From assembly GCA_049967475.1 (NCBI GenBank), contig JBMFSQ010000022.1, positions 1 to 24,605 of the forward strand: a stretch of 24,605 bases of DNA, in the 5' to 3' direction. A model generated the notes under the pieces. The model made no database searches. It had not been told where the DNA came from and was given only the letters and a program-made list of their open reading frames with translations. Of the stretch, positions 1 through 8,850 are shown piece by piece (within the stretch, counting starts at the first letter, position 1; each line of letters opens with the position of its first letter). A program made the translations under genes and the position numbers. The stretch comes from Chthonomonadales bacterium (GTDB lineage: Bacteria; Armatimonadota; Chthonomonadetes; Chthonomonadales; CAJBBX01).

Positions 1-817
1 CTCGGGGCAGCGGACCGGCGAAAACAATTCGGGGTGCGACGGGCAGCGTGTCGGCAAGTTGTTTGAGGGGTTCCATGTGGGGACCGCCTCCAACCACCAG
101 CAAATAGGCGTTCGGTACCCGCGTGCTGATGATGGCGAATGCCTCGATTACCCTTTCAACGCTCTTCTCTTTGGCGATACGGCCCACGTACAGGAGCAAG
201 GGGGCGTTTTGGGGTATGGCATACCGACGCCGCACTTCGCACGTCGCTGCCTCAGAGATTGCCTCTCTCGGCGGGATGGGAATGCCGGTGGGGATCACCT
301 CGAGGGGGACATGGATGCGGTAGGCCGCCAGCGATGCTGCGGCCGCGCGCGAAGGGACAATCACGCGGTCACACTGGTTGTAGAACTCCGGGAGCCACCA
401 TTCGATGAGGTTCTGGGTTGCCTGCTCCGGAAGGAAGAAAAGGTAATGGGCGTAATGGTCATAGAGCGTGTGGTAGGTAGACACATGAGGCAGATTGTGT
501 TGTTTACTGCATCGCGCGGCAAGCAGTCCCAAGAACCACGGGGTTTGGGAATGGAGCACATCCAAATGGAGGCGGTTGATCTCTCGGCGGAGCCGCGGGA
601 ACCAAGGATACGGGACAGGGTACTCGGCATTGGCGCGGGTAAGGATGGAGGGTACCCGCAGTACGAAGGGGGAGTGGTCCCGGTAACCCGGGTAGTGAGG
701 TGCGATAACGCATACGTGGTGATGGAGGCTCCGCAGCTCATGCACAAGGGTGCCTACGGACACGGCGACGCCATTCCGTACGGGTTCGTAGCTTTCTGTG
801 AAGATGCCGACCCTCAT
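1..817 (-). CDS. Glycosyltransferase family 4 (GT-B, diacylglycerol glycosyltransferase-like), 3' end runs off the window
   Basis: Not in the ORF track (no stop in window). Manual translation from ATG at 817: MRVGIFTESYEPVRNGVAVSV... and later LYVGRIAKEKSVERVIEAF...LLVVGGGP, typical GT4 motifs. Confidence 0.9.
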   Translation of the reverse strand, partial: MRVGIFTESYEPVRNGVAVSVGTLVHELRSLHHHVCVIAPHYPGYRDHSPFVLRVPSILTRANAEYPVPYPWFPRLRREINRLHLDVLHSQTPWFLGLLAARCSKQHNLPHVSTYHTLYDHYAHYLFFLPEQATQNLIEWWLPEFYNQCDRVIVPSRAAAASLAAYRIHVPLEVIPTGIPIPPREAISEAATCEVRRRYAIPQNAPLLLYVGRIAKEKSVERVIEAFAIISTRVPNAYLLVVGGGPHMEPLKQLADTLPVAPRIVFAGPLPR

Positions 818-918
818 GCCATACCCACTCTATGCCACGTGTCGGAGGGGAATGTTTCCCCTGAACTGGAAGGCGCGCCGGCTCCCTTCGGTACGAGGGC
901 CCGGCCGCCACGAGCGCC

Positions 919-1818
919 TCATGCCTCCCTCGATGTGCTTTGGGCTTCGAGGAAGGCAAGCACGTCGGAAAGTTTGAAGCGGCGCTGATCGCCCGTGGTC
1001 CTTTGATGCCGAAGAAGGCCTTTGTTGGTATATCGCCGGACGGTGGTTGGGCACACCTTCAACAGGCGGGCCGTGTCTTCCAGGGAGAGGGTTGGATCCA
1101 ACAGGCGGCTGATCAGTTCGATGCGGCTCTCCTTGAACGCTCGTTTATAATTCCGCTGTACCCCCTCGTCGGAGCCCATGGCGATGAGCGTCTGAATGTG
1201 GCGCGGCACGAGGTTCCAGAGGTCCGCCGCGGTGAGGTCCGAGGATGCAGCCGTTGCCTTCTCTGCGATGCGGGTTTGGCGGGTACGGACACCTCCGCGA
1301 AGCCGAACGGCCTCTGCCGCTGTTGCGGCCTCGGGCTGCACTTGGGCCGTTTGCGGGTGAGCGGCTGGCGGCTCCTGGCGATCGGAAACGCCGAGGGCCG
1401 GAGCCGCTGCTGAAGGTTCGCTCGCACCCGTGGGGGAGGGGGTTCTGTCCGCAGCTTCAGGGACGGCTTCTTCCTGGTCCTCCTCTAAACCCTCATCCTT
1501 CTCCTTCAAATCCTGGGGTGGCGGCGCAACGGAGCCCACAGGAGATGCATCTTCCGCACCGGCCGGCGCTTCAGGCCCCTGCCGGCGGAAGGCCGGGAGG
1601 TAATTCTCGAAGGAGGGAATATTCGCTTCTGAGGGAGCCTTGACGGCCGGTGCCGTACCCTGCGCTTGAGGCGGCGGAGGGGCTGGGACCACGTTTTCTT
1701 CGAGTTCTGCGGTACCCGCTTGGGGCGATGGGGGCTGCACCGGCGTTCTGGGCTCTGGTAACGGTTCCTTGTCCAGGAACTGGGCATCCAGCCATCGTTG
1801 CCAGTCTTCAGGTCGCAT
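919..1818 (-). CDS. DNA-binding protein: Pro/Ala/Glu-rich low-complexity region plus C-terminal excisionase/BldC-like (truncated MerR-type) HTH
   Basis: C-terminus LSLEDTARLLKVCPTTVRRYTNKGLLRHQRTTGDQRRFKLSDVLAFLE fits the HTH_17/BldC pattern. Start chosen at ATG 1818 (MRPEDWQRW), preceded by GAGGT and clear of the queA stop. Confidence 0.8.
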   Translation of the reverse strand: MRPEDWQRWLDAQFLDKEPLPEPRTPVQPPSPQAGTAELEENVVPAPPPPQAQGTAPAVKAPSEANIPSFENYLPAFRRQGPEAPAGAEDASPVGSVAPPPQDLKEKDEGLEEDQEEAVPEAADRTPSPTGASEPSAAAPALGVSDRQEPPAAHPQTAQVQPEAATAAEAVRLRGGVRTRQTRIAEKATAASSDLTAADLWNLVPRHIQTLIAMGSDEGVQRNYKRAFKESRIELISRLLDPTLSLEDTARLLKVCPTTVRRYTNKGLLRHQRTTGDQRRFKLSDVLAFLEAQSTSREA

Positions 1819-1846
1819 GGGCAATACCTCTAGGGCGTAGTGGGTG

Positions 1847-2866
1847 CTATACAATGAGCATGGCGTCGCCGAAGCTGTAGAAGCGGTAACGGGCATCCAC
1901 AGCCTCAGCGTACGCTGCCATCACTTTGTCACGGCCCGCAAACGCAGCCACGAGCGCAATCAGTGTCGAGCGCGGAAGGTGGAAGTTCGTTATAAGAGCA
2001 TCCACCACTTGGAACTCAAATCCCGGAGTAATAAAAAGCGTCGTTTCCCCGGAACCGCTGCGCACGCACCGCTTCCCTCCTGCAGCACTCTCCAGCGTCC
2101 TGACGACGGTAGTCCCTGCGGCTACAATTCGTCCCGGCGTATTGTTGACGGCGTGCGCAGCTTCGTTGCTGATATGGTACCACTCGCCGTGCATGGGATG
2201 TTCTTCTAGGGTCGCTGTTTTGACCGGCCGGAACGTGTCTGTTCCAACATGAAGGGTCACATGCACGATCTTAACGCCGCTTCGGGCCAGATCGTCCAGC
2301 ATCTGGCGGGTGAAATGGAGCCCTGCCGTGGGTGCAGCCGCGGAGCCGTCGTTGCGGGCATACACGGTTTGATACCGTTCTTCGTCTTCCAGGGGTACAT
2401 GAATGTAGGGCGGTGTGGGGATGCTTCCCGAGCGGCCAAGAGCATCCCGTGTGACCTCGTCTTCGGCACGAAGAATGCGGCCGCCCAATTGGGTAACCTC
2501 GGCAACTGTGAGGCATGCCGTGTTGCCGTTGGGGTCCTCCACTTGGAGTACGGAACCTACACGACACTTCCTGCCGGGGCGCACCAGGGCTTCCCAATCC
2601 GTGTCGCCGATTGGGCGGATGAGAAGCAGCTCCACCCGTGCATTCGACAGGGTGCGCGCGTACAGGCGGCGGGCTGTGACGCGGGTGTCATTGAGAACCA
2701 ACGTGTCTCCAGGACGAAGATAGCCTTTGAGGTCCCTGAAGGTGCGGTGTTCGATGGAGCCGTCCCGGCGGTGGAGCACGAGCAATCGGGCTTCTCCGCG
2801 GGGAAGAGGCGTTTGTGCGATCAGCTCAGGCGGGAGGGAATAGTCCAGGTCTGCCGTGCGCATCAT
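1847..2866 (-). CDS. queA: S-adenosylmethionine:tRNA ribosyltransferase-isomerase
   Basis: DYSLPPELIAQTP, NDTRV, YQTVYA, GSAAAPTAGLHFT, TNFHLPRSTL, YRFYSFGDAM. Start trimmed to ATG 2866 (2863 is an alternative). Confidence 0.97.
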   Translation of the reverse strand: MMRTADLDYSLPPELIAQTPLPRGEARLLVLHRRDGSIEHRTFRDLKGYLRPGDTLVLNDTRVTARRLYARTLSNARVELLLIRPIGDTDWEALVRPGRKCRVGSVLQVEDPNGNTACLTVAEVTQLGGRILRAEDEVTRDALGRSGSIPTPPYIHVPLEDEERYQTVYARNDGSAAAPTAGLHFTRQMLDDLARSGVKIVHVTLHVGTDTFRPVKTATLEEHPMHGEWYHISNEAAHAVNNTPGRIVAAGTTVVRTLESAAGGKRCVRSGSGETTLFITPGFEFQVVDALITNFHLPRSTLIALVAAFAGRDKVMAAYAEAVDARYRFYSFGDAMLIV

Positions 2867-2880
2867 GATCCCCCGCATCC

Positions 2881-2910
2881 ATTCTAGAGCAGTCCGTCGC
2901 TCTGCGTCAA
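2881..2910 (-). promoter_or_regulatory. Sigma70-type promoter for queA
   Basis: Minus strand TTGACG-N18-TAGAAT ending 14 nt before the start codon, implying a very short leader. Confidence 0.65.
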
Positions 2911-2952
2911 GGTTTTGGCCCCAAACTTCTACACGACCTTCGGGCCGGAGGA

Positions 2953-3276
2953 TCAATCCTCCCAAATCCCCACGAGGATAACATCTCCGTCCAGGCGCAC
3001 CTCGAGCGTTTGGAGCCAATAGCCTCCGGCATTCGTGCAATTCCCTGTGGAAAGATCAAAGCGCAGGTGGTGCCGCCGGCAGATGACCTCGCAGCCCTCC
3101 AGGCGGCCCCGGTCTAGCGGTTCGTTCATGTGCGGGCAGAGGGGGTTACATGCGAAGCACCGGCCGTCGTCCGTCACAAACACCACGCATTCCGAGTGGG
3201 TTCCCGGCCGGACGACACGCCCTGTGCCGGGTCGTATTTCGCTCTTGCGGGCTACCGGATAGAAGACTTTGCGCAT
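2953..3276 (-). CDS. Rieske [2Fe-2S] ferredoxin
   Basis: 107 aa; ligand motifs CPH and CRRH followed by RFDLSTG. Confidence 0.92.
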   Translation of the reverse strand: MRKVFYPVARKSEIRPGTGRVVRPGTHSECVVFVTDDGRCFACNPLCPHMNEPLDRGRLEGCEVICRRHHLRFDLSTGNCTNAGGYWLQTLEVRLDGDVILVGIWED

Positions 3277-3352
3277 GGTGCGGGGGATGGGCCGTGCCGC
3301 TTCGTGCCGGCTGCTTCATGGCACGGGCCGTAGTGTCTGCCGGCGGATTGCG

Positions 3353-4474
3353 TCACCCTCCTAATTGGTTCATGGTACGGCCGAGTGGGGTGGCGCCTTT
3401 GTCCAGGTTGTGCTCGAGAGGCTTCCGCAGCACTGTCTGCCGGATCAATGCGGCGATCTCGTCATCAGGGGCTCCGGCGCGAAGCCGGTCACGCAGGTTG
3501 ATCTCTCCCTGGGTCATGAGGCAAGGTCTCAGGTGTCCGTCGGCTGTAAGGCGAATGCGGTTGCATTGGCGGCACGCATCCCTGCTGATCTGGCTGATGA
3601 AGCCGATGGTACCCTCCGCACCGGGAATACGATAGGTGTAGGCGGGCCCGTTCCCGGGAACAGCACAAGGAACGAGGCGTCCCCATTCGGCTTCGATGCG
3701 GCTGCGGATTTCTCCGGCCGGGATGAACAGCCTGCGCATCTGCGAGGCGTCCAGCATTCCGGAGGCCAAGGGGACTTCCAGTTCCTCCAGACCGGCTGTG
3801 CGTGCGGTAGCCACGGGTATGATCGGCCGATGGAGGCGGTTGCTGGCCACCAGCCAGGCGAAGTCCGTGAGTTCTTCCTCACCGGCAGCCCAATTGATGG
3901 GCATGAGTTCGATAAAGCGGACGTTGATCGGGCGCCCCAACGTAAGGCGCGCGAAATCTACGGCTTCGTCGTCGTTGATGCCTCGCATCGCCACGACATT
4001 GAGCTTGACCGGGACCAATCCCGCCTCCATCGCTCGGGCGATACCCTCCGTGACAGTGTCCAGGTCGCCTCGGCGCGCGATGCGCACGAAGCGGTCCCGG
4101 CGAAGGGTGTCCAGGCTTACGTTCACGCGATGGAGACCTGCTTCGGCCAGTTCGAAGGCATGTCGTGCCAGAAGATAGCCATTCGTCGTCATGGCCAAAT
4201 CTTGGATGCCGGGGATGGCAGCGACTGCCCGAATAAGGCTGACGAGTTCGCGCCGAACAAGCGGCTCTCCACCGGTGATGCGCACTTTGGAGATACCCAG
4301 GGATGCTGCAATCTGCAGGACGCGTTCGATCTCTTCAAAGGTTAGCAGAGAGCCCGCCGGTGACGTAGTAATCCCTTGTTCCGGCATGCAGTACACGCAC
4401 CGAAAGTTGCAGCGGTCGGTCACGCTCACGCGAAGGTAGTCTATGGTTCTGCCGAATGCATCCACGAGCGGCAT
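3353..4474 (-). CDS. moaA: GTP 3',8-cyclase (molybdenum cofactor biosynthesis)
   Basis: YLRVSVTDRCNFRCVYC radical SAM motif, C-terminal CRQCNRIRLTADG...CL cluster, terminal GG. Confidence 0.97.
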   Translation of the reverse strand: MPLVDAFGRTIDYLRVSVTDRCNFRCVYCMPEQGITTSPAGSLLTFEEIERVLQIAASLGISKVRITGGEPLVRRELVSLIRAVAAIPGIQDLAMTTNGYLLARHAFELAEAGLHRVNVSLDTLRRDRFVRIARRGDLDTVTEGIARAMEAGLVPVKLNVVAMRGINDDEAVDFARLTLGRPINVRFIELMPINWAAGEEELTDFAWLVASNRLHRPIIPVATARTAGLEELEVPLASGMLDASQMRRLFIPAGEIRSRIEAEWGRLVPCAVPGNGPAYTYRIPGAEGTIGFISQISRDACRQCNRIRLTADGHLRPCLMTQGEINLRDRLRAGAPDDEIAALIRQTVLRKPLEHNLDKGATPLGRTMNQLGG

Positions 4475-4511
4475 GAAAACGGACCAGCCCTTTCTTATGC
4501 TGTTGCGCAGG

Positions 4512-4541
4512 ATTATAGCGCTGAAAGTTGTGCGCTGTAAA
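4512..4541 (-). promoter_or_regulatory. Sigma70-type promoter for moaA
   Basis: Minus strand TTTACA-N18-TATAAT, 37 nt upstream of the moaA ATG. Confidence 0.65.
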
Positions 4542-4578
4542 GCAGTGCCGCCCAGTTGCGCTCAATGGGGAATTCGGC

Positions 4579-4587
4579 TGGTACAAT
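4579..4587 (+). promoter_or_regulatory. Possible extended -10 promoter for the hydrolase
   Basis: TGGTACAAT (TGn-TACAAT) in the divergent intergenic region. Confidence 0.4.
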
Positions 4588-4711
4588 CCTGTCCGGATGA
4601 AGGCGGCCATCAGGATCTACTGCTTCTGTGTTCGGCAATTTGCGTGTGGACTAACCTGACCACGGCGGCAATCGGACTTCAATGCGTACGGCGCAACCTT
4701 TTTGGTTTACG

Positions 4712-5884
4712 ATGGGGCTTCGGAGGCGACCTTTTGCAGGATGCGTGCTGTTGCTGGCGTCTTTGGCGGCAGCAGGCAGGGCGGCCTACGGCCAGGACCG
4801 ATGCAGAGCAACCGTGGTAGAAATTCCCAGCCCCTTGCCCAGCGGGGATCGGGTGAACGACACGATCTGGTTTACCTTTTACCCTGCCTTGGGGCAGCAT
4901 GCCTCGCCAAAGCCCACGGTGATCCTGCTCCACCCTTTGGGGGAGCGGAAGAGCACCATGATGGACGGCTTTGCCCGCTTCTTCGCCCGACACGGGTTTT
5001 GCAGTGCTGTGATGGAATTGCCCTATCACATGCACAGGCTCCGTCGTGGCGACAATCCGCTGGCTCATTATGCCTCCGCCAACATTCCGGTAGTGGTGCA
5101 GGCTTTTGCCCAGGCTGTGGCCGATGTTCGGGCCGTTACGGATTGGCTGCTTCGCCGCCGAGATGTGGACGGCGCACATATCGCAGTGGTGGGCGTGAGC
5201 CTCGGGGCGATTGTGGCCCATACGGCCATGGGCACGGACGTGCGTCTCTCAGCCGGTGTCGGGATTCTTGGCGGCGCTGATTTCCCCTATCTGTACAGGA
5301 GCAGCATTCTCTTCCGCATCCTCCATCCCAGCATGCGCCGTGCGTTAACCGGGAGGGAACGGGAGCTGCTCGCAACAGTAGATCCGCTCACATTTGCGGG
5401 AAGCAACCGGCCGAGGCGCGTCCTGATGATCCAGGCAGCGCGAGACCTGATCATCCCGCCGGGGGATGCTACGGAGCTTTGGCAGGCGTTGGGCCGCCCT
5501 CCAATCCGATGGTTGGACACGAACCATTATGCCCCAATCTTTGCTGAGGGCGACATCCACCGCATTTCGTTGGCCTATCTGGAGCAGGCGTGGGCCATGC
5601 CCGGGGCGCCGCAGCACCTCCCTCCGATCTATGCTCCCACCATCAAGGTCGGGATGATCGTCGGTCTGGACTCTGCTCTGGAACCTTCGCTCGAGTGGCA
5701 GATGGTGTCCTTTGGCCAGTGGCCCAATCACACGTCCATGATGCATCTGGATTTGGGCTGGAGTGGCCGAGGCTTCTTTAACGGCCTCGCATTGACCTTG
5801 AGCCAGTGTTTGGACGTGGGCATCGGCCGCCGTTGGAACGGCAGATCCGCCAAGCCCTATCTTTCGCTCCACCTGGTATTCTAA
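4712..5884 (+). CDS. Secreted alpha/beta hydrolase with beta-rich C-terminal extension
   Basis: Signal-like N-terminus; nucleophile GVSLG; candidate Asp (ARDLIIP) and His (DTNHY). Start uncertain (4682 or 4712). Confidence 0.85.
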   Translation: MGLRRRPFAGCVLLLASLAAAGRAAYGQDRCRATVVEIPSPLPSGDRVNDTIWFTFYPALGQHASPKPTVILLHPLGERKSTMMDGFARFFARHGFCSAVMELPYHMHRLRRGDNPLAHYASANIPVVVQAFAQAVADVRAVTDWLLRRRDVDGAHIAVVGVSLGAIVAHTAMGTDVRLSAGVGILGGADFPYLYRSSILFRILHPSMRRALTGRERELLATVDPLTFAGSNRPRRVLMIQAARDLIIPPGDATELWQALGRPPIRWLDTNHYAPIFAEGDIHRISLAYLEQAWAMPGAPQHLPPIYAPTIKVGMIVGLDSALEPSLEWQMVSFGQWPNHTSMMHLDLGWSGRGFFNGLALTLSQCLDVGIGRRWNGRSAKPYLSLHLVF

Positions 5885-5900
5885 AGAGGCGCACGTGCGG

Positions 5901-7169
5901 TCACGAGCGCTGCGCGAGAACCGTGCGTTCGTACGAGCGCACCTCGTCCAGCCATTCTGGGCCTGCAGGAACGCCGGCACGCATGCAATAGTACTGCCAA
6001 ACGGCGCCCATGGGCAGGGTTTTGGCTTCTTCCATGAGGGCCAAGCGGCCCGTGAAGTCGCCGCGCTCCTCCAGATCCCTCAGGGACTTGACGGGTGCCA
6101 ATAAAGCGCCCAGGAGGGCCTTGATCATGCATCGCGTCCCGATGACCCATGCAGCCACTCGGTTGATGCTGGCGTCAAAGAAGTCCAAGCCGATATGAAC
6201 GCGCCCCGTGTATCCATTCCAGACGATTTCTTCGGCGATGGCGCGAAGATCGTCCGTCAGAATGACTACGTGGTCGCTGTCCCACCGCACGCCGCGGCTT
6301 ACATGCAGTAAGATCTCGGGGAGATATTGGAGTACGGCAGAGATTTTGTCTGCGATCGTCTCTGTGGGATGATAGTGGCCGGCGTCGAGGCACACCAGTT
6401 TCCCGTTCCGGATGGCGTATCCAAGATAGAATTCATGGGACCCCACCACATAACTTTCGGAGCCGATGCCGAAGAGTTTGCCCTCCACGGCATCCAGTAG
6501 ATGCGCCGGATCTGCGGGTTGGGCGAAGATTTCGTCTAGGGACACGCGCAGGAGGTCACGGGGCGTCTTACGGTCCGCCGGGATGTCTTTGTACCCGTCC
6601 GGGATCCAGACATTGGTGATGCAGGGGGTACCCAGAGCCTTACCCATAGCGGCGCCGATGCGCCTGCAGGCGATGCCGTGGCGAACCCAAAAGGCGCGCT
6701 TGGCCGGATCTCGGCTCGCAAGGGTAAAGCCATCGTCAGCCAGAGGATGTGAAAAGAAGGTGGGGTTGAAATCGAGACCCATTCCGCGGGACTTAGCCCA
6801 ATCAATCCACCGGCTGAAGTGCTCAGGTTCCAGCTCATCCCTTTCCACGCGCTTGCCGCCGGTTTCGGCGTAGATTGCATGGAGGTTGAGGCGGTGACGT
6901 CCGGGGATCAGCCGGAGCGCAGCCTCCAGATCCTGGCGCAGTTCGTCGGCTGTGCGGGCCTTGCCCGGGTAGTTTCCTGTTGCCTGAATGCCGCCCCCAG
7001 TGAGACCGGCAGGGTTCTCGAACCCGGACACGTCGTCACCCTGCCAGCAGTGTAGGGAGACCGGGATCTTTGCCAGGGCGTCCAGGGCTTCGTCTGTATT
7101 TACGCCGAGGGCAGCGTATTGCTCGCGGGCGTACTGGTACGCCGCGGAAATCGTAGTGTCGGAGGTCAT
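5901..7169 (-). CDS. rhaA: L-rhamnose isomerase
   Basis: [80 protein letters not shown] precedes ATG 7169. Confidence 0.96.
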   Translation of the reverse strand: MTSDTTISAAYQYAREQYAALGVNTDEALDALAKIPVSLHCWQGDDVSGFENPAGLTGGGIQATGNYPGKARTADELRQDLEAALRLIPGRHRLNLHAIYAETGGKRVERDELEPEHFSRWIDWAKSRGMGLDFNPTFFSHPLADDGFTLASRDPAKRAFWVRHGIACRRIGAAMGKALGTPCITNVWIPDGYKDIPADRKTPRDLLRVSLDEIFAQPADPAHLLDAVEGKLFGIGSESYVVGSHEFYLGYAIRNGKLVCLDAGHYHPTETIADKISAVLQYLPEILLHVSRGVRWDSDHVVILTDDLRAIAEEIVWNGYTGRVHIGLDFFDASINRVAAWVIGTRCMIKALLGALLAPVKSLRDLEERGDFTGRLALMEEAKTLPMGAVWQYYCMRAGVPAGPEWLDEVRSYERTVLAQRS

Positions 7170-7275
7170 GGGATAGGCTCCTGTGGCAGCTTCTCTTTGA
7201 ATTCGAGGAACTACATGCAGCCGAAGCGGATATTCCAACGGGTAGATCCGGACCGCTTGCATGGCATACCCTCCT

Positions 7276-7301
7276 ATTCAACGACGGACCGGAGCCTTCC
7301 T
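7276..7301 (-). promoter_or_regulatory. AGGA-N18-GAAT alternative-sigma (SigH-like) promoter motif facing rhaA
   Basis: Minus strand gcAGGA-aggctccggtccgtcgtt-GAAT; same motif at 18074 and 21590. Confidence 0.5.
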
Positions 7302-7315
7302 GCATTGAGGATGCG

Positions 7316-8245
7316 ATGCACGCGCAAAAGGTAATCTCCCTAGCATGCCGGGCCATGGCTACCCGGTTCGAGGCAGTGCTGTGGGGCGCTTCGGAGGAGC
7401 GGCTGCGAGCGGCGGGTGAAGAGGCCTTAGCCGAGATCCAAAGGTGCGAAGCGCTTCTGAGCCGCTTCCTGCCCGGGAGCGACATCTACGAAGTGAATGC
7501 CCGTGCGGCGGATCAATTCGTGCGCGTGGATCCCCGTGTTCTGGCGCTCCTCGATCGGGTTCGTGTACTCCACGATGCTTCCCATGGTGCCTTCGATATC
7601 ACAGTAGGGCCTTTGAGACGAGCATGGGGCTTCGACGGAGCCACGGGCTCCGTGCCTGCTCCCGAAGCGCTGGAACGTGCGCGGGCAGTGGTCGGTATGA
7701 ATTTGATTGAGCTGGCCGCAGCTTACATGTCTGTGCGGTTTCTCAAGCCCGGTGTGGAATTGGACCTGGGCGCGATCGGGAAGGGCTACGCAGTGGAACG
7801 CGCGGCAGAGGTGATCCGCGAAGCAGGCGTCCCGGGTGCTTTGATCCATGGGGGTACCAGCACCGTTCAGGCCATCGGGCACGCGCCGGATGGAAACCCA
7901 TGGCGTGTGGGTGTGCGCCATCCGAACGATCCGTCGGACACGGTGGGCGTTGCGTACCTGGAGGAGTGTGCGCTCTCGGTGTCTGCACCCCACGGGAAAG
8001 CCTTTCGCGCAGACGGCCGTCAATACGGCCATGTGTTGGATCCACGCCGCGGATGCCCGGTTGAAGGAGCATTGCTTGCTGCTGTGCGGTGCCCTTCGGC
8101 CACGGACAGCGACGCATTATCTACAGCGCTGCTGGTGTTGGGAGAAGCATTTGCCGAGGAGCTCGCCGACGGCCCCTTCAACGCGGCTTGCCTGTTGTGC
8201 GTGGGCGCCGATGAGCTCGAGCGCGTCGTCGCCACAGCATGGTGA
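7316..8245 (+). CDS. apbE: FAD:protein FMN transferase (ApbE family), no signal peptide
   Basis: AMAT at N-terminus, GAFDITVGPL, LDLGAIGKGYAVE, WRVGVRHP, YGHVLDPRRG, SDALSTALLVLG. Confidence 0.93.
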   Translation: MHAQKVISLACRAMATRFEAVLWGASEERLRAAGEEALAEIQRCEALLSRFLPGSDIYEVNARAADQFVRVDPRVLALLDRVRVLHDASHGAFDITVGPLRRAWGFDGATGSVPAPEALERARAVVGMNLIELAAAYMSVRFLKPGVELDLGAIGKGYAVERAAEVIREAGVPGALIHGGTSTVQAIGHAPDGNPWRVGVRHPNDPSDTVGVAYLEECALSVSAPHGKAFRADGRQYGHVLDPRRGCPVEGALLAAVRCPSATDSDALSTALLVLGEAFAEELADGPFNAACLLCVGADELERVVATAW

Positions 8246-8433
8246 CGCCTCTTCGCATCGTCATGGGGAAGTCTGGTATCCTATGTATCGCCGAACCTGG
8301 CGTAGAACGATGCGGGCGTCGGCTGGTGGATGGGTTCCATAAGGACTTTGTGGGCTCCTCGGACACGGCATTCCCATTGCCGGGGGCTTCATGAGGCCCG
8401 GCTCACCAGAAGGGATCATTGGAGGTACCAGGA

Positions 8434-8850
8434 ATGGCTACGACGGTGCGCCAAGAGCAGATACGGCATATGCTTATCGAAGAGGTAAGTGATATGCTGC
8501 GCAAGGACCTGAAAGATCCGCGCCTGGGCTTTATCACAGTAACCGACGCCGAAGTGTCTCGGGACCTTCGCTATGCCAAGGTCTATGTGTCCGTCATGGG
8601 ATCTGAAGAGGAACAGTTGGCGGCGATGAAAGCTCTCCGCCGAGCCGCGGGTCTCGTTCGGGGAGAATTCGCACGGCGGGCACACCTTCGGGTGGCTCCG
8701 GAATTAGAATTCCGCTTCGACGAAGGCATCGCAAAAGGCGCTCGCATCTTTGAGTTGCTGAAGCAGTTGGAACAAGGGGAGAGCAGCCGTGGCGCTCCGG
8801 ACGCTTCGGACGCGGGCTCCGGAGAAGAAGACAGAGACACTGCATCATGA
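8434..8850 (+). CDS. rbfA: Ribosome-binding factor A
   Basis: DPRLGFITVTDAEVSRDLRYAKVYVS, PELEFRFD; GGAGG before ATG 8434. Confidence 0.97.
   Translation: MATTVRQEQIRHMLIEEVSDMLRKDLKDPRLGFITVTDAEVSRDLRYAKVYVSVMGSEEEQLAAMKALRRAAGLVRGEFARRAHLRVAPELEFRFDEGIAKGARIFELLKQLEQGESSRGAPDASDAGSGEEDRDTAS

Noticed and set aside
59..988. 309-aa plus-strand ORF
   Set aside because: Antisense shadow of the GT4 gene; no recognisable motifs.
919..1130. Prophage or ICE implied by the excisionase-like HTH
   Set aside because: No integrase, att-bearing tRNA or phage genes; neighbours are housekeeping genes.
3743..3890. Intein in MoaA
   Set aside because: Too short and lacks Cys/Ser start and His-Asn end motifs.
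4475..4620. Moco riboswitch or ModE box upstream of moaA
   Set aside because: The predicted leader is only about 30 nt, and only a half ModE-like CGCTATA is present.
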